Source: Ionaspis alba
Lineage: Eukaryota
Direction: 5' to 3'
Assembly (NCBI GenBank): GCA_964255285.1
Contig: CAXUUL010000074.1
Coordinates: 1 to 37,396, forward strand
Length of the DNA: 37,396 nucleotides
Positions 11,996 through 23,432 of the stretch are shown piece after piece; position 1 is the stretch's first letter; each line of letters begins with the position of its first letter. The position numbers were made by a program, and so were the translations under genes. Under the pieces are notes generated by a model. It was not told the origin of the DNA and ran no database searches. It saw only the letters and a list, made by a program, of their open reading frames with translations.

Positions 11996-14463
11996 ATGGA
12001 AGACCTAAATATTCTCCTCGTCGGTAATGGCGGTAGAGAGCATGCCTTGGCATGGAAGCTGGATCAGTCACCGCGAGTCAAGGTCATATATGTTGTCCCA
12101 GGAAATGGAGGAACAGGATCTGGTGGCCTTAAGAAGGTCAAAAACATTGACAGCGTGAAGGCGGACGACTTTCAGAATCTCATGTCGTTTGCAAAAGAAA
12201 AAGAAGTCAATCTCGTGATTCCTGGCCCAGAAGCCCCTCTGGTTGCTGGTATTGAGAGCTTCTGCAGAGGAGCTGGACTCCGATGTTTTGGTCCTTCCAA
12301 GGATGCAGCCAGAATGGAAGGGTCGAAGACTTTCTCAAAGGACTTCATGGCTCGACACAAGATCCCTACAGCTGAGTTCAAAAACTTCAATGACTACGAG
12401 TCAGCTAAAGACTACCTTGAATTGGTGTCCCATGATGTTGTCTTGAAAGCAAGTGGGCTTGCGGCCGGAAAGGGTGTCATACTGCCTTCGTCTAAGCAAG
12501 AAGCGCAGGACGCTCTAAAGAACATCATGCTAAAGAAGGAGTTCGGTGCTGCTGGTGATGAGGTAGTCATCGAAGAGTTCCTACAGGGTGAAGAATTGAG
12601 TATCCTGTCATTTTGTGACGGATATACAATCAGATCGCTGCCACCAGCACAAGATCATAAGCAAGTCAATGATGGAGACCAAGGACCCAATACTGGTGGC
12701 ATGGGCTGTTACGGGCCCACGACTATTGCCACACCGAAATTGATTGAGGAGATACACAGGACAGTACTACAGCCTACGTTGGATGGAATGCGCAAAGAAG
12801 GTAAATTGACCAGCTTAACTACTTTGTAGCTGCTAAGAACCTATCAGCTTTTCCATTTGTTGGCCTCCTTTTCACGGGTTTGATGATCACCACATCTGGG
12901 CCAAAAGTGCTCGAGTACAACGTAAGATTTGGAGACCCAGAAACGCAAACTCTTCTACCCCTTATGAGCGCAGACACAGACCTGGCCGAGATCATGGTCG
13001 CTTGTGCCGAGCACTGGCTGGATGCTGTTGATATCAAAGTGGACTCTAAATACTCCGCAACCGTGGTCACAGTCGCAGGCGGCTATCCAGGACCCTACGT
13101 CAAGGGCGACGAGATCAAGCTTGACAGTCCGCCAGCAGATACGATGATCTTCCACGCTGGCACATCAATGACTGATGGTAGTCTCAAGACCGCAGGCGGT
13201 CGTGTCATAGCAGCTACCTCGACAGGCAGGAGCCTTGAAGAAGCATTGAAGCAGGCATACGCTGGAGTCTCTACTGTTGAGTTCTCTCATATGCATTTCC
13301 GGAAAGACATTGGTCACAGAGCTCTGGTACAATCAAGTGCTTCCCTTGACGCACCGAAACGACAGACGAAAAGTTCTTTCGATCCCTTGACCTATGGTTC
13401 TGCAGGGGTCTCTATCTCCTCTGGAAATGACCTGGTGAAGCGCATCATGCCACTCGTCAAGTCAACAGCACGGCCCGGCGCCGATGCTGAGATCGGTCAA
13501 TTTGGAGGTGGAGTGGACCTAGTGGCAGCCGGATACACCCAGACTCCGTTCATCCTTGGCGCAATCGACGGTGTGGGAACCAAGCTGAATATTGCGCATG
13601 CTATGAACAAGCATGATACTGTTGGAATTGACTGCGTGGCAATGAATGTCAATGACTTGATAGTGCAAGGCGCCGAACCGCTGTTCTTTCTTGACTGTTA
13701 TACATGCGGCAAACTGGATGTCGACGTCGCAGCTGACTTCGTCAAGGGAGTTGCGCAAGGTTGTATCGACGCTGGCTGTGCTTTAGCGGGAGGAGAAACA
13801 GCTGAAATGCCTGGACTTTTCAGTAATGGAGATGTGTCGAAAGCTGATGGTGGTGTATACGATGCTGTTGGCGCTGCGGTTGGAGCCGTAAGGCACGGTG
13901 GCAAGATCCTTCCTGACAAGGATGGCATGGTCGCTGGAGACGTCCTCTTAGGGCTTACGTCGAACGGGATCCACTCTAATGCCTTTTCTCTGGTTCGGAA
14001 GATCATAGCTCGTGCAGGCTTGAGTGTCCGAGACCACGCGCCATGGGATGAGAGCAAGAGCGTGGGAGAAAGCCTTCTGACACCGACGAGGATATATGTC
14101 AAACCGTTACTGCAAGTAGTACGAAAGGATCTCGTCAAGGGCATGTCACATATCACAGGTGGAGGCTTGATCGAGAACGTACCTCGCATGCTTCCAAAAC
14201 ACTTAGCTGCAGAGATCGATGTTTCTACTTGGCCGTTGCAAAAGGTCTTTAGATGGCTGAAGACGGAGGGCAATGTTGAGGATCAGGAGTTTGCAAGAAC
14301 CTTCAATACGGGGCTGGGTATGGTATTAGCGCTGTCGCAGGAGAACGCGAGGACGGTCACTGATGAACTAAGAGGAGCTGGAGAGACGGTTGTTGAGGTT
14401 GGAAAGCTCATACCAAGGGATGGAGAGGGGTGTATCTTGAAAGGGTTGGATTCATGGCACTGA
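11996..14463 (+). CDS. ADE5,7: Bifunctional phosphoribosylamine-glycine ligase / AIR synthetase (GARS-AIRS); exons 11996-12800, 12848-14463
   Basis: GNGGREHALAW, LAAGKGV, GPNTGGMG and YNVRFGDPE (PurD part); DGVGTK, GGETAEMPG, HITGGG and RTFNTG (PurM part). Intron 12801-12847. Confidence 0.97.
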
Positions 14464-14959
14464 GTCGCTTCAGTAGCACTGATGTGTATGTTTCCATTTT
14501 GAGGCACCAGCATTAACACTATATTCACCAACAGCCAGCGGCCAATGGAAGGTGCGAGAAGTGGCTGGGGTTTGTGACCCAGTGATAAGGAAGGGCGCCT
14601 CGTACGGCAACAAAATGACGAATCAATTTGAGAAGTGAATGCGGTACTGCTGTATCGAACGTTATGATGTGCGTTTGTGATAAGTGCCTGGCCTTAATCA
14701 ATCTCGGAAATCGGGAGACAATCAAGTAAATTGTGGACCCAGAAAAAGGGTAGAAGTCAAACATTGCAAACATCTTCTCGGCTCATATGCAAAAAATTGG
14801 CCTAGAAATGTCGCAACAGCAGTACCATACAAATGGGTCACCTTAATACCTGGCGCCTTATTCTGATCACGCTCTCAAACGTACGCCGAAGCTAGACAAC
14901 AATCGAGACTCTTCCTGCACCTGCTCTTTACCGCTATAATCACTCTCTAATCACCAAGT

Positions 14960-15351
14960 ATGGACATCTCCGGTGAATCTCAAATCGACCTCTCCAAGCT
15001 CTCCGACAATGACAAGCGCGAGATCCAGCAATTCGTCGTCAATGAGTCGCAGAAGGCAATGGTTCAGAAGAGTGCGTCTTTAAGCCCTCCCCTACCCCCA
15101 ATCCTACACCTCCCTCTTCCCCCACTTCAGTCTTCCTGAGCACGGAGCTTCTGTACACAAGCTGACCTTCCCTAGCTGTCCACAATCTCACAGACATCTG
15201 CTGGAAGAAATGCATAAATTCTCGAATCTCTAGTGGGAAACTAGATCGGAACGAAGAGGCTTGCGCGCAGAATTGTGTGGACAGGTTTATGGATGCTAAT
15301 ATGGCGGTGCTACGGCATCTGGAAGCCATGAGAGGAGGTGGGATGGTTTAG
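14960..15351 (+). CDS. TIM8: Mitochondrial intermembrane-space small Tim chaperone; exons 14960-15071, 15176-15351 (absent from ORF track)
   Basis: Spliced product MDISGESQIDLSKLSDNDKREIQQFVVNESQKAMVQKTVHNLTDICWKKC...CAQNCVDRFMD carries the twin CX3C motif. Intron GTGCGT..GCTGAC..TAG. Confidence 0.93.
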
Positions 15352-15886
15352 ATTACCAGCTGCAGACGAAAGAATTGGAGATCTAAGGAATAGTAGAGGG
15401 ATAGAGGGGAGACGGTCGTATTGTGGGACCGTATGAGCAACATTGTACGATGGGCCGGGCTGTACGATATTCTTCGAGGTGTTTAGACCAAGATTGGCGG
15501 ATTTCTCGTATAGACGCGGGCATGGGGGGGCGTTACGGGTGGACAATCCCGAAATAGGAGTGTGCGATGCGGCGACATCGGTATGCTGGAAATAGATGAG
15601 ACAAGGATTTTCGGCCTCCTCGAACAAATAGCTTTCTCCCCTCGATATCATAGCAGATTGGGTTGTTAAATCAAAGTCGAAAGAGATGTGATTCGCGACT
15701 CGCGGTACAGAAGCGTCGGATGTAGAGGCTGGATGTTCGGACAGCATGGATCTGTGCCACTCATCCAGGCTTGGAGATAGTTGACAAGACTCAGCAGCAT
15801 TATAGACGAAATGCCTGGCAAACATCTGAATTAGAGCATCTAGCTATCTGCGTTTGATCTCTCCAGATGTTCCACTCGAAGCAAAC

Positions 15887-16700
15887 CTAGACAATCGCCA
15901 ATTTCGTAGCAGCAATATCGAGAGCATCCACATCCGTCGTCAATCTCGCAAAAGCCTTCTTCGAGCCATCAGGTCTGTAACAACCACAGAGTCAGCCCGG
16001 TTTCCTTCGCTCAAACCTCTCTATCATATTTTCTGTTGTCGTCCAGACTAAACATACCTAATCAACGTATTGATCTTCACACAATCAACATCATACAACT
16101 TCTTCAACGCCTCCTTAATCTGCCTCTTATTGGCCTTGACGTCACAGATGAAAACCAGCGTGTTATTTTCCTCAATCTTCTTCATCGCGCTTTCCGTATT
16201 CAGCGGGTGTATGATGACTTTGTGGTGATCGAGACGGGGCTCATGGGGGACGGATTTGCGGGGGTATTTGGGCGAGCGCGAGAGTTGTAGGGTCTTGGGT
16301 CGGTGGAAAGTGGTGGAGAGGCGGACTTTGCGGACTTTGTGGGAGTTTACCTGGAAAGGTATGTTAGGATTGGGACGAAATGGCCAAGAGCGAGGTCCTT
16401 ACGCCTTTGAGGGTTGCTTTTGACGCGGCGCTTGCTTTGGCGTTGGGTTTGCCGGACTTGGGCTTTCCGCCTGGAGAGTATCGTGTCAGCAGAATTTTCA
16501 ATTAGCATGTACAATCTTCCAGCCTGATCCATTTGAGAAGTCCAAAGCTGTCCACCAGAATCAAACGATAGGTGAGTTTCACACTCTCGACAACTTGTTT
16601 CAATCTAATGCCCTCTCTTCGCTGGAAACGCTTCTGTTTCTGAAACCAACGAAAGGTAAGTAGACTTACCCTTCTTCGTGTCCTTCTCCTTTGGCGCCAT
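15887..16700 (-). CDS. RPL25: 60S ribosomal protein uL23 (L25/L23a); exons 16700-16670, 16470-16403, 16350-16058, 15974-15887 (absent from ORF track)
   Basis: [40 protein letters not shown] and [14 protein letters not shown]. Three canonical introns. Confidence 0.97.
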
Positions 16701-16953
16701 TGCTGAAATTGTCGATGATCAATAGAGTCGTTGATATTGAATCCTTAGAGGTTCGCGGCTTTTCTCGCTTGAGCGTTTGTGGGCTACGGCCCTCGGGTAA
16801 ACCCTAGCGCCGATCCAAACAATTCCTCATCCCCCCACCACTCCCCAAATAATATTCAATCCATGTTAACTTCAATAAATTATGGGCTGAGCAATACATT
16901 TTCAAGGTCAGCACTATCGCTGTCCTTGATCATCCCTTCGTCAATCTTCGATC

Positions 16954-17859
16954 ATGCCTACCAAAAAGCGCAAACTCCTCTCCAACACCCGACCTCGCAG
17001 GACCCAAAATACCCCTTCCCTATCTTCCCGCACAACCCGCACTCTCATCCGCACACACCACACCCTACACAAGCAGCTCTCTCACGCTCTCGCAACCCAC
17101 AACGAACTTCTTACGACCTCTATTCGCGCTCAAATAGCAGCTGCCGGTGGTCTGCCAACTTACCAGCTAGCGAGCATAACAGGACAATCGACCGTTCGAG
17201 GGGGCGACTCGTCAAAGGTGCTCGTCGATTGGCTCTCTCCGTTCATTCAACATCGATCAGAATCAGCCACTGAGAACGGAGTTGCGGCACCCAAGCTGAG
17301 GATGCTGGAGGTAGGCGCGCTGCGAACGGGTAATGCATGTGCGCGCAGTGGACTGTTCGAGGTCGAGAGGATTGATTTGCATTCGCAGCATAAGGATATC
17401 CTGGAGCAGGATTTCATGCAACGGCCGATACCGGGTGAAGAGAGTATGGAAGTAAAGGGGTTCGATGTTGTGAGTTTGAGCCTTGTGGTGAATTTTGTGG
17501 GGGATGCCGCGGAGAGGGGGGAGATGTTGAGGCGGGTTGGGAAGTTCTTGCGGGGTAATGGAAGGGGACGGAGACGGGAAGAAGGTCCAAGGGATGATGC
17601 GGAGAGGGAAACATTTCCGGCCTTGTTCCTCGTGTTGCCGGTGTCTTGTGTGACGAATTCAAGATACCTGGATGAAGGGAGGCTAGGGGATATCATGGTG
17701 TCGTTAGGATACCGATTAATACATAGAAAGTCGAGTTCGAAGCTTGAGTACTACTTCTGGGCCTTTGATGGAAGAGGCAAGGAGACCGGAAGGAAGTTCG
17801 GGAAGGAGAAGGTCAGGACTGGACGGGCGAGGAATAACTTTACTATTCTGTTGCGGTGA
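16954..17859 (+). CDS. BMT2: 25S rRNA adenine-N1 methyltransferase
   Basis: GGLPTYQLAS..GQ...RGGDSSKVLVDWL, MLEVGAL, QDF, SLSLVVNFV, LVLPVSCVTNSRY and NNFTILL match the Bmt2 pattern. Confidence 0.9.
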   Translation: MPTKKRKLLSNTRPRRTQNTPSLSSRTTRTLIRTHHTLHKQLSHALATHNELLTTSIRAQIAAAGGLPTYQLASITGQSTVRGGDSSKVLVDWLSPFIQHRSESATENGVAAPKLRMLEVGALRTGNACARSGLFEVERIDLHSQHKDILEQDFMQRPIPGEESMEVKGFDVVSLSLVVNFVGDAAERGEMLRRVGKFLRGNGRGRRREEGPRDDAERETFPALFLVLPVSCVTNSRYLDEGRLGDIMVSLGYRLIHRKSSSKLEYYFWAFDGRGKETGRKFGKEKVRTGRARNNFTILLR

Positions 17860-18126
17860 TACCCATAGATGTTTAGCGTGCACTGGTCGGAGAAACCTTC
17901 ATACATATCGAGGACCACTGGAGATCAAAGTAATACAATTTCTGGGAGCTAGCTAGCCATTTAGTCTATCTTGCTGAAGCGTTCATTCTTATTGAGAATT
18001 TTCCGGGCGAGCCTGTCCTGGTATGCTCGTGATCAGGCCGGCGCGTCGAGAAGGACAAGAATCCACAGCTTTTGATATGAAGGCTCTACAAGCTCCACTC
18101 CAAACACCACGCAGGAGCTCGTTTGA

Positions 18127-18177
18127 CTAGGTGTACTGGTCAGTTACATTCTTGTAGTATCAAAGCTAGAGACTCAC
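18127..18177 (-). other. Predicted 51-nt intron in the eRF1 3'UTR
   Basis: Minus strand reads CGG|GTGAGT...ACTGAC-CAGTACAC-CTAG| with consensus donor, branch site and acceptor. Length is typical of introns in this window. Confidence 0.78.
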
Positions 18178-18376
18178 CCGAGTGCTTGGCCTCCAGGACC
18201 TGGGAGTTGCTTTACAAGCGTGGCCGGACACGACTTTTTACTTTCGCGGATTCATCACGTCTTGCATTACCGCCTGAATCAGGGAGCTGGGTCCCTTGGA
18301 CGCGAAGAGCCGTCAGGTCTGCCTGCGTATGGTTACCTGGACGCGCATCCTCGCTCATTGCGAGGTTGCCAAAACG

Positions 18377-19849
18377 TCAATCTAAATATAAGACATCAGC
18401 CACCACTCTCGGTTATGCGAGAGAATACGAGAAAATACCGTCATAGAATTCATCTTCGTCATCGACATCAGCAAGTTGCTCAAAGTTGACCTTGTAGCGA
18501 AGCATAGCTCCGATTCCACCAAATCCTTTCACGAATTGGTTTCCTTCGCTGGATCGATCTGAAACGAATTCGAGGGTAGCGCCAAAGTCTTTGTACTTTT
18601 CGGCCAGCCACTCCAAGAACGCACCTTGATCGACAACATCCATCTCTTGACCAGTCACTTTGTCCATGAATTGCTCACGATCTGCCTCTTGCTGCTTGTT
18701 GGTGAATAAAATGACTTCGGTTCCATCCGAAGATTTGAGGACCCAGCGTGTAGTCTCTAAATTCTCGAATACAATCAAAGTTTCACAAGCTCCGAGTTCC
18801 AAAGCCTTGAGTGTGTCGTCAATACCATAGCAGACTCTGCCGCTGTCCTGGCTGATCTCCTCGAAATATTTGCCAATCAGCTTCTTCTCCTGGATGAACT
18901 TGACATTGCTCAGGGTCTCAGCGGCTAGTTCGATAGCTTGGTTGAACCCGTTCTCTCCTCCGTAGGAAACATCAACGACCTTAATCACCTTTGACTGCAA
19001 ACGGTTGTCGAACATATCCGACTGGTTCAAGTCATTTTTGAAGTCTGCAGAGCCCGCGAGAATGAGACCAGCCACGTTGACCTTGTCTTGTGTGATGTAG
19101 TTCTGGACTGCCAGTTCCGCTACTTTACGAACGTAGTTGTGGCGCTTCTCCTCGCGCAATCGAGCAAAACGTAGGGCAGACTGTCCACCACGGCCGTGCT
19201 TCTTGGGAAGATCCACGGAGAACTTGTGTATGACGTCTCTAGTGTTGCCGCTCAAGGTCCCAAAAAGAGCACCGTTTCCATCCATGATAATAAAGCCAAA
19301 TTTCTGGTCTGATTCGAGCAGCTCGCTGAGAGCTTCTGTGTGGAATTTGTTGTCACATAGATAGAGCGAGGTATTGATGGGTTTGAAGGGTTCGAAATCG
19401 ATGTTAATTTTCCTTTCCTTGCCCTCGGATGTTATGATTTCTCCACAATATACCACCAATCCATTTGGAGGAACCTTGGTATACAATTTGAGACGTTGCT
19501 GCGTTGAGGTGATGGCAGAAAGTACGGATTGACGATTAACTCTCGATTTGATGTTCGATGCGGTACCCTGTCTCTCGATTAGCAAGTCATCCGTGCGACT
19601 ACCAGTATGTAAGACTCACGAATTCTTCAGCCAACATCTTCGCTGCACGAGAGACCTGATCCTTTGGTGCTGCGATTATGCCGAGTCAGCAATGCAAGAT
19701 CCCGCTCTGTGCAGTACAACAGACGTACGGATAATGAGCGAGATCATGGACGTTCCGTTTCCTCGTGCAGCCTCGAGGCGCTTGATCAACTTCTTCACCT
19801 TCCATATCTCGATGTTCTTCTCCGCTTCGTTCGCCTGAGGGGCGCTCAT
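18377..19849 (-). CDS. SUP45: Eukaryotic release factor 1; exons 19849-19729, 19669-19620, 19567-18439, 18381-18377
   Basis: [23 protein letters not shown] and GRGGQSA motifs. Final intron 18438-18382 (GTATTT..GCTGAT..TTTAG) gives ...EFYDD-TGA. The donor of this last intron is weak, so the terminal exon is less certain than the rest. Confidence 0.96.
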
Positions 19850-20671
19850 CTTGGGAAATTAGAGGACTGAAAAGTCCAACTTCTGATGAGCTCTTGCTGC
19901 GATTCAACTCGATACCCTGGTGAAGGCAGAGGACGGTGTCGAAGCGGAAGATGAGAAAGGAAAGGATCCCTGGGGTTGACAATTTTCTTCCACACGTTGC
20001 AATTGTGTGGGGTGACCCAGTCTTACCGATGCTCAGCCTTACGACACATGGATCTCGGGTGACTGTGCTGTGATTCTTGGCGACTTATTTGTTCCTATTG
20101 GGTTTTGCCTTTCTTTCCATCTGGGATTCCCTAAGGCTAGTCTCTGCTTTCTGCCATCATCCGCAGTCCAAGAACATATCAAGAAATACTAAGAACTGCA
20201 GTTTCACTCTTGCATACATTGCCGTATGCAGTTGCTTGCAGTATCTGGCTCTACAAGGGCATTCCCGGGTGAACTCCACTCTTACAGGAGTCTAAGGGAA
20301 GGTCTCCCGCTTCTTATCGCGCCACTAGACTCTGGGTGAAATTCGCCGGACCATGAGCACTCATCTGCTCCACTTCTTGCGTTATGTTGATGTCTAATTG
20401 TATCAATGGCTGTCTTCATCAGAATCTGCACCAGATTGATTTCTTTTCTGCATCCACCACACCTGCAAGCTCCGTCATGCCGCGTGACACCCTCAATTCT
20501 ACCCCACCCATGAAGCCGATCTGCTAAGCTCATTCTACGCTTTCCATTGAACTTAAGCATCTGTAAAGCCGATTTGTTCAATCCTTGTCTATATTAATTT
20601 TCATCTCTCAGTGTGTCCGTGGAGGTGTTTGTGGTGTACTCGAAGCTTTTGAGCCCCCCCCTAATCACTCA

Positions 20672-22995
20672 ATGGCCAAAAAGCCGTTCAGTTGGGATGA
20701 CTACGAACATGGAAGGTCTTCTCCAAGACAAGGTTCATTGGCCTCTGTCTCGAGTCGAGTCCATTTCAATGAGTCGCCTCGGCCGAGCGAGACTGACCGT
20801 CTACTTATGCCTCCCCACAATGATGGTTCTCAGAGGGAGGTTCGACGAAGACGGTACTTCTTTCCCTCTTCTTCATGACGCTCTCCCACTAAATTCTCAT
20901 CTACGTCCATCTGGAAGGACCGACTCAAGGAATTTGGGGCATGAGGTCGAACTTCAAGCTGATCATTCGATTTGTTCTACTAGGTCATCACTCTCGATAA
21001 AAATCAATAACTTGACACATGCTGGAGGAGTCAACAGTATCGAGAGCTTTGCTCGGTCATGGCAGAGGGCAGTGGGCTTTCACGAGATTACTCCAGTTCA
21101 CGGATCCTTCGCTGCTAGTGAGGAGGATGATAGGGAGATTGGTGGTCGAGTGACGGATGTGGAGCGGAGTCCTCTTCAGCACCGATCGCTACTACGCCAG
21201 CAGCTCGAGTCACAAGGAACGTCGCCCGAGAATGCCATACACGACGATGTTTCTGAGCAAGACGATGGTCCTACGCCTTTGGCTCGAGAACATAATCATG
21301 TATCTGGATCATTGAGCGGCGGTGGACACGATATCTTCTCTCGCGCGTCCTACTTTGGTTCTCCCTTCGGATCTATCTACGGTGGCACGTATGGTGCATT
21401 CTCTCCTGGTGCAGATCCTTCTTCGAGACGTGAAGCTGTAAGAGCATTCCGCGAGCAACAAGCTGCTCAAATGCAGGGAGAAGACAAAGAACACGAGCCT
21501 CTCCTCTTCAAGAGAGTTGAGCAGGACGACGGAAAGGTGGTCTTGGCCGTTGTTGGTCAAAGCACAATCTATCAGACCGTTCTGAACAGTACGAATGTCC
21601 TCATTGGCGTGGGCCTTCTAAGTCTCCCATTGGGCATCAAATATGCTGGCTGGGTTGTTGGCTTGGGATTTCTTACCTTCTCCGCTCTGATTACCGCTTA
21701 CACTGCCAAGCTTCTTGGGAAATGCCTAAGCACGGACGAGAGCATCATCACCTTTGCAGATATTGCCTACGTATCATTTGGATCGAGAGCACAGATTGTC
21801 ATAGCCATCCTATTTAGCCTCGAGCTAATCGCTGCATGTGTGGCACTCTTTGTCCTCTTTGCTGATAGTCTCGATGTCTTGATACCTGGATGGGGTATCA
21901 TTGGTTTCAAACTTTTTTGTGGACTGGTCATGATACCCATGAGCTTTGTTCCGTTGCGTTTTCTCGGCATTACTAGCTCGCTAGGAATAGTATGCTGCCT
22001 TGGAAGTAGGTGACATGATTGGTCATTGGTTCTGCCTGTGCTGATGCGCTGCAGTCTTCTCCCTTGTCCTCATCGATGGGTTTATGAAACCACACACACC
22101 AGGCTCGTTACGAGAGCCAGCAACCACATATGCCTTCCCTCAAAATTGGGGTACACTGCCGTTGAGCTTCGGCCTCCTCATGTGTAAGCCTTACTACAAC
22201 CGAGAAGAGCCTCCCAAATTCCACTGACTCGCATCACAGCGCCATGGGGTGGCCACAGCGTCTTCCCCAACATATACAGAGATATGCGACATCCCTCGAA
22301 GTATACGACGAGCTTGAAAGCCACTTTCGGCTTCACTGTAAGATGAATGGATTCGCTACAATCTGCGACCTGCTGATAATGCGGCAGTATCTGCTGGATC
22401 TGAGCATGGCTGTTGCCGGCCTCCTCATGTTTGGTGACGGTATCCGTGACGAGGTGACTTCCAATATATTGATGACGAAGGGATATCCAAAATCAGTTTC
22501 GATCCTCATGGTCATCTGTGTAGCAATCATCCCCGTAACGAAGATCCCTCTCAAGTACTGTTGTCTCTGGGCGAGTCCCATTGGATTTGACTATCGCTAA
22601 TGAGAAACAGTGCTCGTCCCATCTTTACCACAATCGAGAGCCTCTTCGGCTTCACCCAACTCCATAATGCTCCAGCGCAAAGTCGCCCGGGTCTTTCAGG
22701 CTTCACTAGGGGTCTCCTCAAAGGTGCTGTTCGTGTTTTTGTTATCCTAATAATCATGGCTTTGGCGATCGTCTGCCCGTCATTCGACCGTATTATGGCG
22801 TTGATGGGATCAGCTTTCTGTTTCACAATTTGTGTCGTACTACCTCTGGCGTTCTATTTGAAGCTTTTCGGAAAAGAGGTCAGCATGCAGGAAAGGATTT
22901 TGGACTGGTTTCTCATCATAGTCTGCTCGATCATGGCAGTCATTGGGACGGCGTGGGCGTTTATACCAAAGGATATGATCCTGGGAGCAAATTGA
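20672..22995 (+). CDS. AAAP/Aa_trans family amino acid transporter, vacuolar AVT1-like; exons 20672-20853, 20984-22005, 22055-22183, 22240-22337, 22388-22554, 22611-22995
   Basis: QTVLNSTNVLIGVGLLSLP, PWGGHSVFPNIYRDMRHP, TKIPLNARP and multiple hydrophobic helices. Five canonical introns keep the frame. Confidence 0.9.
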
Positions 22996-23432
22996 CTACA
23001 GACTACGACTCTACGGCGAGGTGAAGATGGTGCCCGATTTGAAGGCAGACTACTGATAGTACGATAACAGAAGCGGCATTGAAGGAGTTTGATAGCGTAG
23101 GTTGACACGTTAAGTAGCCATTATTGTATGAGGAATTTTATTTTGATACAGCTCTTGAATATTGTAGACAAAACTCAAATTGGACTCAACAACCCCTGAA
23201 AATGATGCCATCGCGCGCAGCTTTTATGCATTAGGCCTGACAGGAACTTGGTTGACCTTCTACCACCGACATGGCATAACAAAGCACCTCAGAGCTCTGA
23301 TAATGGCTGGAATCTATCGTGCTTCAGCAACTCCAGATGCGAATCATTGTTGCACCTGATGGTATGTTGTGCTGAGATTCCGCCGAGAACGTCCGTCCTC
23401 AGCGTTAGTCTGCCGCACTCTCCACGTCTGCA

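Noticed and set aside
13698..14273. Long antisense or off-frame ORFs over real genes (also 27616-28293, 17247-17696, 33107-33529)
   Set aside because: Shadow ORFs of conserved coding sequence with no independent support.
15310..15825. 171-aa minus-strand ORF between TIM8 and RPL25
   Set aside because: Occupies convergent 3'UTR space, overlaps the TIM8 end, lacks an ATG start and shows no family features.
16471..16669. Possible intronic snoRNA in RPL25 intron 1
   Set aside because: No box C (RUGAUGA). H/ACA-like words are present but I could not build a convincing two-hairpin fold. An Infernal/Rfam search would settle it.
20613..20983. ORF-track N-terminus of the transporter (MSVEVF...)
   Set aside because: Starts at a non-ATG codon and reads through intron 20854-20983. 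The ATG at 20672 with splicing gives a better model.
23362..23402. Possible 5'UTR intron of PHA2 (GTATGT..CAG)
   Set aside because: Only 41 nt with no well-placed branch site.
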